Shown: piece by piece, positions 16,868-23,811 of the stretch
Layout: each line of letters begins with the position of its first letter
Numbering within the stretch: the first letter of the stretch is position 1
Virus record (IMG/VR): IMGVR_UViG_3300028591_002545
Span: 1-38,660 of that record
From: a virus
Strand: one strand, 5' to 3'
Length of the DNA stretch: 38,660 nt
Translations under genes and position numbers: made by a program
Notes under the pieces: generated by a model
Seen by the model: the letters and a program-made list of their open reading frames with translations, nothing else
Databases searched by the model: none
What the model was told of the DNA's origin: nothing

Positions 16868-17815
16868 ATGAGTTTGTTCAAGAATCCCAACGAGTTGGAA
16901 ATCAACTCCACAATCAAGATGTTAGTTTATGGGCAGCCGGGTATCGGCAAAACCACGTTGGCCCTGTCATCACCTCAACCCGTCCTGTTTGACTTTGACG
17001 GTGGCATTTCCAGAGTAAACAAGGCGCATCAATGCCCAACCCTGCAAGTCAAGTCATGGGATGAGGCACTGGACGCACTGACCGAGCTGGAGAAGGGCGA
17101 AACCCCCTGCAAGACCATCGTCATTGACACGGCTGGAAAAATGTTAGACTTTATGTCTGACTATATCATGCGCAACGATCCAAAGATGAAGATGCGTGAC
17201 GGTTCACTTGCCCTGAAAGGCTATGGTCAGCGCAAGGTGATGTTCGTCAACCTAATCAAGCGCATCAGCCTCATGGGTAAGAACGTGGTATTCGTGGCAC
17301 ACGAGAAAGAGGACAAGGACGGAGAAACCCGCAGGGTACGACCAGACATGAGTGGCTCAAGCCTCGGTGACCTCATCAAAGAACTTGATCTTGTAGGCTA
17401 TATGCAAGCCTTCGGGCGTGAGCGCACCATCTGCTGGACCCCCAACGAGCAATATTATGCGAAGAACACCTGCAACCTGCCCGAATTTGAGAAGGTGCCC
17501 ATTATCATCGACCAGCATGGCGGCATCAGCGGCGATAATAATTTCCTTGCTAAGACATTCGCAAACTACGACACATATCTCAATGTTCAGGCGCAGATTG
17601 GCGAGGAATATAACAAACTGACCGAGCAGATTGCAGCCGACATTGCAGCCATTACCGATGCTGACGGTGCCAATGCATTCATCGTCAAGATTGATGATTA
17701 CGGCCATATCTGGGACAGCAAAGCAAAGGCCCGCAAGTGGTTCGGTGAACACATGGCCAAGATTGATAACGTGACCTACGACAAAAAGACCAAGCGTTAT
17801 GCAGCCAAGGATTGA
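16868..17815 (+). CDS. RecA-like ATPase (AAA_24 / Sak4-like recombination ATPase)
   Basis: Walker A GQPGIGKTT and Walker B TIVIDTAG. Followed by nuclease and SSB genes, as in phage recombination modules. Confidence 0.75.
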   Translation: MSLFKNPNELEINSTIKMLVYGQPGIGKTTLALSSPQPVLFDFDGGISRVNKAHQCPTLQVKSWDEALDALTELEKGETPCKTIVIDTAGKMLDFMSDYIMRNDPKMKMRDGSLALKGYGQRKVMFVNLIKRISLMGKNVVFVAHEKEDKDGETRRVRPDMSGSSLGDLIKELDLVGYMQAFGRERTICWTPNEQYYAKNTCNLPEFEKVPIIIDQHGGISGDNNFLAKTFANYDTYLNVQAQIGEEYNKLTEQIAADIAAITDADGANAFIVKIDDYGHIWDSKAKARKWFGEHMAKIDNVTYDKKTKRYAAKD

Positions 17816-18632
17816 TTATAGAATCTACCCGACTTTGCTCGATGCTTGGTGGAAGTATCAGAACCAAAAATTGGAGGATTTCTTCTACCAGGACGAGCAG
17901 GGTGGCTGGCACCTCAATTATAACGAGGCCGATGGCACATACCACTACTCGCAAGAGGAGATGGATGCCCTGCTGGAACAGGATTTAATCGACAAAATCA
18001 ACCGTGTTCCCACTGAGCCGAGCGAGGCCGCAAGCAAAGGCACTATCTTCAACGAGATTGTGGACTGCATCATCGAGCGCAGAGGGTGTCACCATGACGG
18101 CTGGACGGTTGAGAGTGTTGCCGACGAGAACGGCAAAAAAACCGCCATCCGTGGCGCACTGGACGGCTTTGAGTTCCTGTTCGATGCAGCCTTCTGCAAG
18201 AGCGTGGCCGCCTATTTCGCTGGTGCTTTGCCTCAGTACTACATCGAGGCCGTTCTGTCTGTGCGATACGGAAACGTGCTGCTCTATGGATGGATTGATG
18301 AACTGCGCAAGGATGTTGTCTATGACCTAAAGACCACCAAGCGTTACGAGTTCGGCAACTATGCCCACTACTGGCAAAGGCACGTCTATCCCTACTGCCT
18401 GATTGAGTCGGGCGACTCCAAGACCATCAAAGGCTTTGAGTTCACCGTCATCAAGTGGACTGGCGGCACCAAGTACAACCCCGTGTTGAGCGGTGAGATG
18501 TACAAGGAATACTACACCTACGACCACTGCGAATCGTCTGCCCTGATACGACAGGAGTGTGAAAGGTTCATCGAGTGGCTGGAGACCAATAGAGAGAAAA
18601 TTACGGACAAGAAAATTTTCAACGAGCAATGA
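17799..18632 (+). CDS. PD-(D/E)XK RecB-family nuclease
   Basis: IDELRKDVVYDLKTT (D...D-x-K) and QRHVY (QxxxY) motifs. Lies between the ATPase and SSB genes. Confidence 0.6.
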   Translation: MQPRIDYRIYPTLLDAWWKYQNQKLEDFFYQDEQGGWHLNYNEADGTYHYSQEEMDALLEQDLIDKINRVPTEPSEAASKGTIFNEIVDCIIERRGCHHDGWTVESVADENGKKTAIRGALDGFEFLFDAAFCKSVAAYFAGALPQYYIEAVLSVRYGNVLLYGWIDELRKDVVYDLKTTKRYEFGNYAHYWQRHVYPYCLIESGDSKTIKGFEFTVIKWTGGTKYNPVLSGEMYKEYYTYDHCESSALIRQECERFIEWLETNREKITDKKIFNEQ

Positions 18633-19039
18633 GCGTAAACAAAGCATTCATATTGGGACGTGTCGGCAAAGACCCGCAAGTGTCCCACATCAACGACACC
18701 AAGAAGGTATCGTTCAGCATGGCCACAACCGACAGGGGCTACACCAAGCAGGACGGCACCCAGGTGCCTGACCGTACCGAGTGGCACAACATCGTGGCAT
18801 GGCGCAGTCTGGCCGAGGTGTGTGAGAAATACGTCCGCAAGGGTGACCTCCTGTACATCGAGGGTAAGATTACCAACCGCTCCTGGGAAAAGGACGGCAC
18901 TACCCACTACATCACCGAAATCGTGGCAGAGGTGGTCGAGCTGTTCCCCAAGAACCAGTCAAACCAGAATCCTGCTCCACAACAGGAAAAGACTTGGGAA
19001 CCGGTACTGACACCCATCAACGATGATGAACCATTCTAA
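18629..19039 (+). CDS. ssb: Single-stranded DNA-binding protein
   Basis: OB-fold pattern NKAFILGRVGKDP...TEWHNIVAW...LYIEGKITNRSWE and the acidic tip NDDEPF. Confidence 0.9.
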   Translation: MSVNKAFILGRVGKDPQVSHINDTKKVSFSMATTDRGYTKQDGTQVPDRTEWHNIVAWRSLAEVCEKYVRKGDLLYIEGKITNRSWEKDGTTHYITEIVAEVVELFPKNQSNQNPAPQQEKTWEPVLTPINDDEPF

Positions 19040-19194
19040 TGGTGACTATTAGCAACAGCCAACGAGATCAGGCGGTGAGGTACTTGCAGGCACTCGCCGA
19101 ACTGGAGAGCGACAACCGGGAAATCAAGGTTGTGAACCTCTGCCGCCTTGCCCGTAGGCTCGCTAAACAACTTGAAAAACGAGAAAAGAAATGA
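19039..19194 (+). CDS. 51-aa micro-ORF
   Basis: MVTISNSQRDQAVRYLQALAELESDNREIKVVNLCRLARRLAKQLEKREKK. TAATG overlap with ssb and ATGA overlap with the initiator gene. Confidence 0.45.
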   Translation: MVTISNSQRDQAVRYLQALAELESDNREIKVVNLCRLARRLAKQLEKREKK

Positions 19195-19988
19195 ACGGCT
19201 GGATTAAGATATATCGCAAAATGCGCCAATGGCAGCACTACAAGACACCGAGCGTCCGCATGGTGTTTGAAGACCTGCTGCTTTCTGCGACAGGAATCAA
19301 AAGCACCTACAATGGTGTCGCACTGGTCGCTGGTGATGCGGTCTCATCCGTGGCCATTCTTCAACGCAACACAGGCCTTTCAAAGCCGACTATCATAAAA
19401 GCGATTAGAGTGCTGACCGAAAGCGGAGAAATCACCCGCAGGTTTGAAAACAATGTGGCCATCTACCACATCAACTCATTTTGCTTTTATCAGTTGCAAG
19501 GTGGTAAAAAAGATTTACCACATACCGAAAAAGGTGGTAAAAATATTTTACCGCAGGGGGTAAAACAAATTGACCACAGTGGTAAAACCATTTTACCCCA
19601 TATAAGAATAAAAGAAGATAATAAAGAAAATATTGTTGTTGCTGATACGCACGCACGCACGCGCGAGGAGTTCATTGCAGATGCACTCAATGACATGAGG
19701 GTTGAGCAAGGCTGCATGGCGATGGGGATAACACCAGAACAATATCGCCAACTCGTTACCGAGGTGACCAACGACTGGATATATCGCCAACTCCCCGACG
19801 ATGAGTGGACTCTTACCCACCTGCTGGCGCAGATGCGAATCAAACACAACATAAACAACCGTAACAATGGAAACAATCAACAAACTGGTAGTGCAGACAG
19901 CATCCGGGCGAAACTTGACCAAGATGCAGCCAAAGCGATGGCCACACTTGCAAGCCGCATCGGACAGCCTACTGAAGTGCCATTCTAA
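19191..19988 (+). CDS. Replication initiator / replisome organiser-like protein carrying the origin
   Basis: N-terminal WIKIYRKMRQW...winged-helix-like region. The central part is encoded by the iterons (GGKKDLPHTEKGGKNILPQGVKQIDHSGKTILPH), as in the lambda O arrangement. Confidence 0.6.
   Translation: MNGWIKIYRKMRQWQHYKTPSVRMVFEDLLLSATGIKSTYNGVALVAGDAVSSVAILQRNTGLSKPTIIKAIRVLTESGEITRRFENNVAIYHINSFCFYQLQGGKKDLPHTEKGGKNILPQGVKQIDHSGKTILPHIRIKEDNKENIVVADTHARTREEFIADALNDMRVEQGCMAMGITPEQYRQLVTEVTNDWIYRQLPDDEWTLTHLLAQMRIKHNINNRNNGNNQQTGSADSIRAKLDQDAAKAMATLASRIGQPTEVPF
19500..19599. repeat. Four 22-bp iterons (candidate ori), followed by an AT-rich tract to about 19640
   Basis: GGTGGTAAAAAAGATTTACCAC (19500), GGTGGTAAAAATATTTTACCGC (19533), GGGGGTAAAACAAATTGACCAC (19556), AGTGGTAAAACCATTTTACCCC (19578). 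Each is an inverted GGTAAAA/TTTACC. They are followed by ATATAAGAATAAAAGAAGATAATAAAGAAAATATT. Confidence 0.7.
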
Positions 19989-20007
19989 CCTCAATGCATT
20001 CTGCACG

Positions 20008-20490
20008 ATGTTCAACCCGGACTTGCAGCAGATTGCGGCTGCGAACGAGGACAGGGCCATGTTCGGAACAGCACCGATGCTGTGTGTCCTGGATGCAGCC
20101 TACGGCGAGGGCAGTGCCGTGACATGGTTAATCCCCCAGCTTCACAATATGTGCGTGGCCGTTGGGGTGAAGACCAAGCTGGATGATGAGCAGCTTAGGC
20201 AACTGGCCGTGATGATCCGCAACGAGTTCGGATATTTAAAGGTCACCGAGGTGATGCTGTTCATGTGGCGGCTGAAGGGCGGGCACTATGGCGAGTTCTA
20301 CGGCAGCGTGGATATGCAGCGCATCATGCGTGCCTTGCGTGGAAAGTACAGCGAGGAACGTGCCCGAATACTTGACAGGCACGAGGCAGAACTGCGTGCC
20401 GAGCAACAACGCCAGTGGGCAAAAGATGCACTCAAGCCAGAGGAGATTGAAGCACTGAGAAAACGGTTACAACAAGAAGGTAAAATTTAA
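20008..20490 (+). CDS. Hypothetical early protein (start uncertain)
   Basis: The track ORF begins at 19867 inside the initiator gene. ATG 20008 is the first in-frame start after the upstream stop. C-terminal coiled coil. Confidence 0.5.
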   Translation: MFNPDLQQIAAANEDRAMFGTAPMLCVLDAAYGEGSAVTWLIPQLHNMCVAVGVKTKLDDEQLRQLAVMIRNEFGYLKVTEVMLFMWRLKGGHYGEFYGSVDMQRIMRALRGKYSEERARILDRHEAELRAEQQRQWAKDALKPEEIEALRKRLQQEGKI

Positions 20491-20499
20491 AAAATAACG

Positions 20500-21177
20500 A
20501 TGATTATGAAAAAATTGATTTTAACAGCTATCGCAATGTTGGCACTCAATGCCAACGCAGAGTCGGCCATCTACACCGACGAGTTTATTAGGTTGAATCC
20601 CGGCACCGCCGAGATGACGCTTACCATCAGCATGACCACCGACAGGCCGTGTGACCGATGGATGTTTGACCTGGTGCTGCCTGAAGGCATCAAGCCAATA
20701 TCCGTCACCCAGCTTGACGGAATGACACTGACCTATGCAGGTGACACTTTACAGGCTCCCTTGTGTGTGTCGCAAGACATGGCAACCATCACGTCATTCG
20801 TCGGGATCAACCAATATTGGAATGCCGCCACAAACACGATTGAAAACGGAGTGTATAAGTGGCAAGCTGGAAAACACGAACTGATGGAGATTACCTTTTC
20901 GGTGGCTCCCGATTTCCGCTTCTCGGTGATGTTCCTCTACGGCATCATCGACAATGGAAGTACCGATGTACGGTTCTTCAGCCCCTGCAACATCAGTGTT
21001 GGCTACGAGCGCGGTGACGTGAACGGTGACGGCCATGTGAGCATTGCCGATGTGTCGGCTATAATTGACCACCTGCTGGGTGGGGAACTTGACGAGTTCC
21101 AGCGTGAGGCTGCCGATGTGACCACCGACGGAGAGATTACTATTGGAGATGTAACCGCTTTAATTGATTTGCTATGA
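20500..21177 (+). CDS. Secreted protein with C-terminal dockerin-type double repeat
   Basis: Signal peptide MKKLILTAIAMLALNANA. DVNGDGHVSIADVSAIIDHLL and DVTTDGEITIGDVTALIDLL are dockerin/EF-hand-like repeats. The N-terminal beta-rich domain is possibly cohesin-like. Confidence 0.7.
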   Translation: MIMKKLILTAIAMLALNANAESAIYTDEFIRLNPGTAEMTLTISMTTDRPCDRWMFDLVLPEGIKPISVTQLDGMTLTYAGDTLQAPLCVSQDMATITSFVGINQYWNAATNTIENGVYKWQAGKHELMEITFSVAPDFRFSVMFLYGIIDNGSTDVRFFSPCNISVGYERGDVNGDGHVSIADVSAIIDHLLGGELDEFQREAADVTTDGEITIGDVTALIDLL

Positions 21178-21446
21178 TTGAGACAACATTACTGATTATC
21201 GCCGTTGCCTGTGCCGCAATGAACGTGTTGCAGTGCATGGAGCGCAGGATCGAGAGAAACGAGACAAACCGCATCATCGCAAAAGCTGCACGGATTGAGC
21301 GTGAACGTGATGAAATGGAAGCCAGCTACAAGAACGAAAAACCCCATCGTGAATGGGCAATAGGCCGCATCAAAGACCAAGACAAGGTTATTAAACAGCT
21401 TGAGAGGAATATTAGACCAAGAAGAAAGGAGGCCAGCAATGATTGA
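21174..21446 (+). CDS. Small N-terminally anchored coiled-coil protein
   Basis: 90 aa with TM segment LLIIAVACAAMNVL followed by a charged helix. Confidence 0.55.
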   Translation: MIETTLLIIAVACAAMNVLQCMERRIERNETNRIIAKAARIERERDEMEASYKNEKPHREWAIGRIKDQDKVIKQLERNIRPRRKEASND

Positions 21447-21648
21447 TTGCAAGAAGAACTACGTCACCCGTGACGGCTTCCCTGTCCGCATCTTGGCCAC
21501 TGATGCAAAAGGCGTGTTCCCGGTTGTCGGCCTCGTTGACTTGGGAGAGAGTGAGTACACCAAACAATGGACTGCTGGCGGGAAGGTTGACCCGCGTGGA
21601 TTCGTCAAGACGAACTATGATTTGGTAGAGAAAGGAGGCGAACAATGA
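21439..21648 (+). CDS. Hypothetical 69-aa protein
   Basis: ATG 21439 is preceded by AAAGGAGG. Ends ...EKGGEQ with the shared 21-nt junction. Confidence 0.55.
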   Translation: MIDCKKNYVTRDGFPVRILATDAKGVFPVVGLVDLGESEYTKQWTAGGKVDPRGFVKTNYDLVEKGGEQ

Positions 21649-21863
21649 CAATAATCATAAATGACTGTAACAACCACTGCACCAAGACGTGGCATAATTG
21701 GGATAATAGGCCTATTCCGCAGGTGGGAGACTTGCTGATTATACACTTTGGTGACTATAACGAGATTGCACAACAGGCAAAAGTGGTTGCCCGTGTGTTT
21801 GATGGCACAAGACCAGATATGGTTTTTCTAACAACTGATTACGAGAAAGGAGGCGAACAATGA
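21645..21863 (+). CDS. Hypothetical 72-aa protein
   Basis: Starts and ends within the repeated junction GAGAAAGGAGGCGAACAATGA. Confidence 0.55.
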   Translation: MTIIINDCNNHCTKTWHNWDNRPIPQVGDLLIIHFGDYNEIAQQAKVVARVFDGTRPDMVFLTTDYEKGGEQ

Positions 21864-22255
21864 GAGACAGTGATTACTACCCTGCCGGGGCATACAACGA
21901 TCCAAACGCGCCCTACAACGAAGTCGATACACCAGACATCGAGGTGGCGTGCCATGTGTCGGTTAATCTGGTCAAGGATGTGCCCGTGATGACCGACCAG
22001 TACATTACCGAATACGACGAGGAAGATGGAAGCCGCCACACTGAATTGATTGCATCTTACTCGGACATGGAGACCGAGTACCGCAAGCAGCACATGTCAG
22101 TTCCTGAGCTGCTCATGGAACTTGCCAAGTACATCAATGGCGAATTGGCTGGCGGCGTCACAGGTTCCCGCAAATGGGAACTGCAAGATATGCTTGCCGA
22201 CTGCCAAGGGTGGAAGGAGGAGTTCTTGGAGATAGAAGAATTTGAGCCCGCATGA
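21860..22255 (+). CDS. Hypothetical acidic protein
   Basis: 131 aa; the last gene before the long non-coding region. Confidence 0.6.
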   Translation: MRDSDYYPAGAYNDPNAPYNEVDTPDIEVACHVSVNLVKDVPVMTDQYITEYDEEDGSRHTELIASYSDMETEYRKQHMSVPELLMELAKYINGELAGGVTGSRKWELQDMLADCQGWKEEFLEIEEFEPA

Positions 22256-22284
22256 GCAATGCGAAAGTGAGTTTTTTCATGGCG

Positions 22285-22346
22285 CCGCCAAGTCACCAAG
22301 CGTGGTTATGCCCTGATGGTATCGTAGGCTGATACTGGCGGTTTTT
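22285..22346 (+). terminator. Branched hairpin followed by T5
   Basis: CCGCCAAGT (22285-93) pairs with ACTGGCGG (22334-41) with one bulge. There are inner small hairpins, followed by TTTTT 22342-46. Confidence 0.5.
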
Positions 22347-22437
22347 AAGAAGACACTGATTAATTTTTCTTCATATTGTTGTTTTTTTTAGGGTTAAACA
22401 ACCACCATGACCTGCGAAGGCAAATGGTGGAAACATC

Positions 22438-22514
22438 ACCGAGCTGACGGATTCAGCGAACATTGCATAGGGAGCCGTAGAGAACGGCAGAATAACCCGC
22501 CTGTCGTGACAGGC
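22438..22514 (+). repeat. Three-hairpin module, copy 1
   Basis: ACCGAGCTGACGGATTCAGCGA ... GGG-A-GCCGT-AGAGA-ACGGC-AGAATAA-CCC-GCCTGT-CGTG-ACAGGC. Confidence 0.85.
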
Positions 22515-22696
22515 AGTGAATTAGCAACTATTATTAACGCGCGGACATAAGAACGCGACCTTACCGTAGTTGCCTTCACACAGAGAGTCATTTTCCACGA
22601 TGTCGGGAGGTTTCGGCCTCCCAACCCATCACAGCAGGGGGTGAGAGTGGTGACACCTCACAGGAAACAAAAGCCTCGCACCCCTGCTGACACAAA

Positions 22697-22779
22697 ACCG
22701 AGCTGACGGATTCAGCGATGTTTTACAAAGATTGGGAGTCACAGCGAGTGACGGAAGAACCCGCCTGTCGCGTACAGGC
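22697..22779 (+). repeat. Three-hairpin module, copy 2
   Basis: ACCGAGCTGACGGATTCAGCGA ... GGG-A-GTCAC-AGCGA-GTGAC-GGAAGAA-CCC-GCCTGT-CGCGT-ACAGGC. Confidence 0.85.
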
Positions 22780-23002
22780 TCACGCAAGTTGGTACCCGAA
22801 AAATCGGTGCATCGCATCTTGTCTTCTAAAACAACGGGGGAGCAATCCCCCACACGAGAGGCCCTGGTTGGGCTGGCCGCATTAAAGTGTTAGATAGTTA
22901 ATTAGTTTCATTTTGGTTCTTTAGGGTTAGTGTTTCGTCGCGGTCATGGGGGTTCAATTCCCCTGCTCTTGCCTAAGATTATTGATTTTAAATTACGAGA
23001 AT

Positions 23003-23464
23003 ATGATTATGGAAACGAAAGTATGTACCAAGTGCGGGCGCGAGTTGTCCGTCAAGGATTTTTATCTTCACAACAAGAAAGATGGCCGCCGCCGCAATGT
23101 GTGCAAGCATTGTTACATAGAGCGTCAGAGCATCACGGGCGCAGTGGTGAAGCATCGCGTCAAGCTGCACCCTGCCAAACCAGAGGGCGAGCCAAAGAAG
23201 AAACGTGTTGCAAACGGGCAGGGTGATAGAAGCCAGTACACTCACAAGTACTACATCACCCACAAGGCCAAACTGAAAGCCAAGAATGCAGCCGACTATA
23301 TCAAGCGAAGGCTTGACATTGAGGTGGAGCGACAGGTGAACATCCCGACTGGCCGCACCTGCAAGGACAGCTGTATATATTACCAGTGTTTCACGGGCAT
23401 AGAAAACATCGAGTCGAACCTTTCCGTGACTTGTCACGGATTCAAAGAAAGAACCAATGCTTAA
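23003..23464 (+). CDS. Zinc-ribbon protein (possible transcription activator)
   Basis: CTKCGRELSVKDFYLHNKKDGRRRNVCKHCY (CxxC...CxxC), a basic centre and a second Cys cluster near the C-terminus. ATG 23003 is chosen over the track start 22946. Confidence 0.6.
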   Translation: MIMETKVCTKCGRELSVKDFYLHNKKDGRRRNVCKHCYIERQSITGAVVKHRVKLHPAKPEGEPKKKRVANGQGDRSQYTHKYYITHKAKLKAKNAADYIKRRLDIEVERQVNIPTGRTCKDSCIYYQCFTGIENIESNLSVTCHGFKERTNA

Positions 23465-23810
23465 CGGATTTCAAACGCAGACAGAGCCGCTGACGGACTA
23501 TGAGCGCAACACCCTGTTGCCGGTCATCTGCCGAGGACTCAGCAACAAGTTCGGTGAGGCGAGGGCCATCACCAACACGGCCATCACGAAGGCGATGAAG
23601 GGTGCAGGCTACCAGCTTACCGAGGCGAGGCTGAGAAAGATTATCAACCACATCCGTATCAACGGCATGATACGCTGGCTCATTGCCACAAGCAAGGGTT
23701 ACTACATTGCCACCAGCGTTGACGAGATGCGCCAATATATCGAATCCCTGCGTGGCCGTGAGGATGCCATCAGGGCGGTGCGTGAGAGTATGGAGAAACA
23801 ACTGAATTGA
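23457..23810 (+). CDS. Small winged-helix-like DNA-binding protein
   Basis: 117 aa. ARLRKIINHIRINGMIRWLIATSKGYYIA resembles a wHTH recognition helix plus wing. Confidence 0.5.
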   Translation: MLNGFQTQTEPLTDYERNTLLPVICRGLSNKFGEARAITNTAITKAMKGAGYQLTEARLRKIINHIRINGMIRWLIATSKGYYIATSVDEMRQYIESLRGREDAIRAVRESMEKQLN

Positions 23811-23811
23811 T

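Larger units (their letters stand above)
22387..22929 (+). ncRNA. Candidate large structured RNA (family unknown), bounded by TTTAGGGTTA direct repeats
   Basis: No + strand ORF of 60 aa or more. GC is near the genome average, unlike other gaps. About 14 helices, two GNRA loops and a duplicated module with compensatory changes. Strand is inferred from the flanking genes. Confidence 0.4.

Noticed and set aside
22312-22318. Hammerhead-like CUGAUGA core or other small self-cleaving ribozyme in the structured locus
   Set aside because: The sequence here is CTGATGG. I could not assemble the conserved cores of hammerhead, twister, pistol or HDV-like ribozymes by eye. This needs a covariance-model scan rather than a claim.
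22438-22718. CRISPR-like reading of the two identical 22-nt repeats
   Set aside because: There are only two copies, spaced by 237 nt. There are no cas genes and no regular repeat-spacer periodicity.
22436-22853. Minus-strand ORFs 22436..22624 (62 aa) and 22629..22853 (74 aa) in the non-coding locus
   Set aside because: They are antisense to the whole surrounding transcription unit. They have Cys/Arg/Ser-rich composition typical of non-coding GC-rich sequence. Their shared SLNPSAR peptide merely reflects the 22-nt nucleotide repeat. Short + strand ORFs (ATG 22407, 20 aa; ATG 22718, 37 aa) likewise lack any supporting signal.
22946-22975. tRNA T-arm-like sequence GGGGG-TTCAATT-CCCCT followed by GCTCTTGCC, suggesting a tRNA, a tmRNA 3' end or a tRNA-derived att fragment
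   Set aside because: No complementary 5' acceptor strand (CAAGAGC), D-arm or anticodon arm could be folded within 120 nt upstream. The hairpin is kept only as the last helix of the structured locus. A tRNA-fragment att site remains possible but unsupported.
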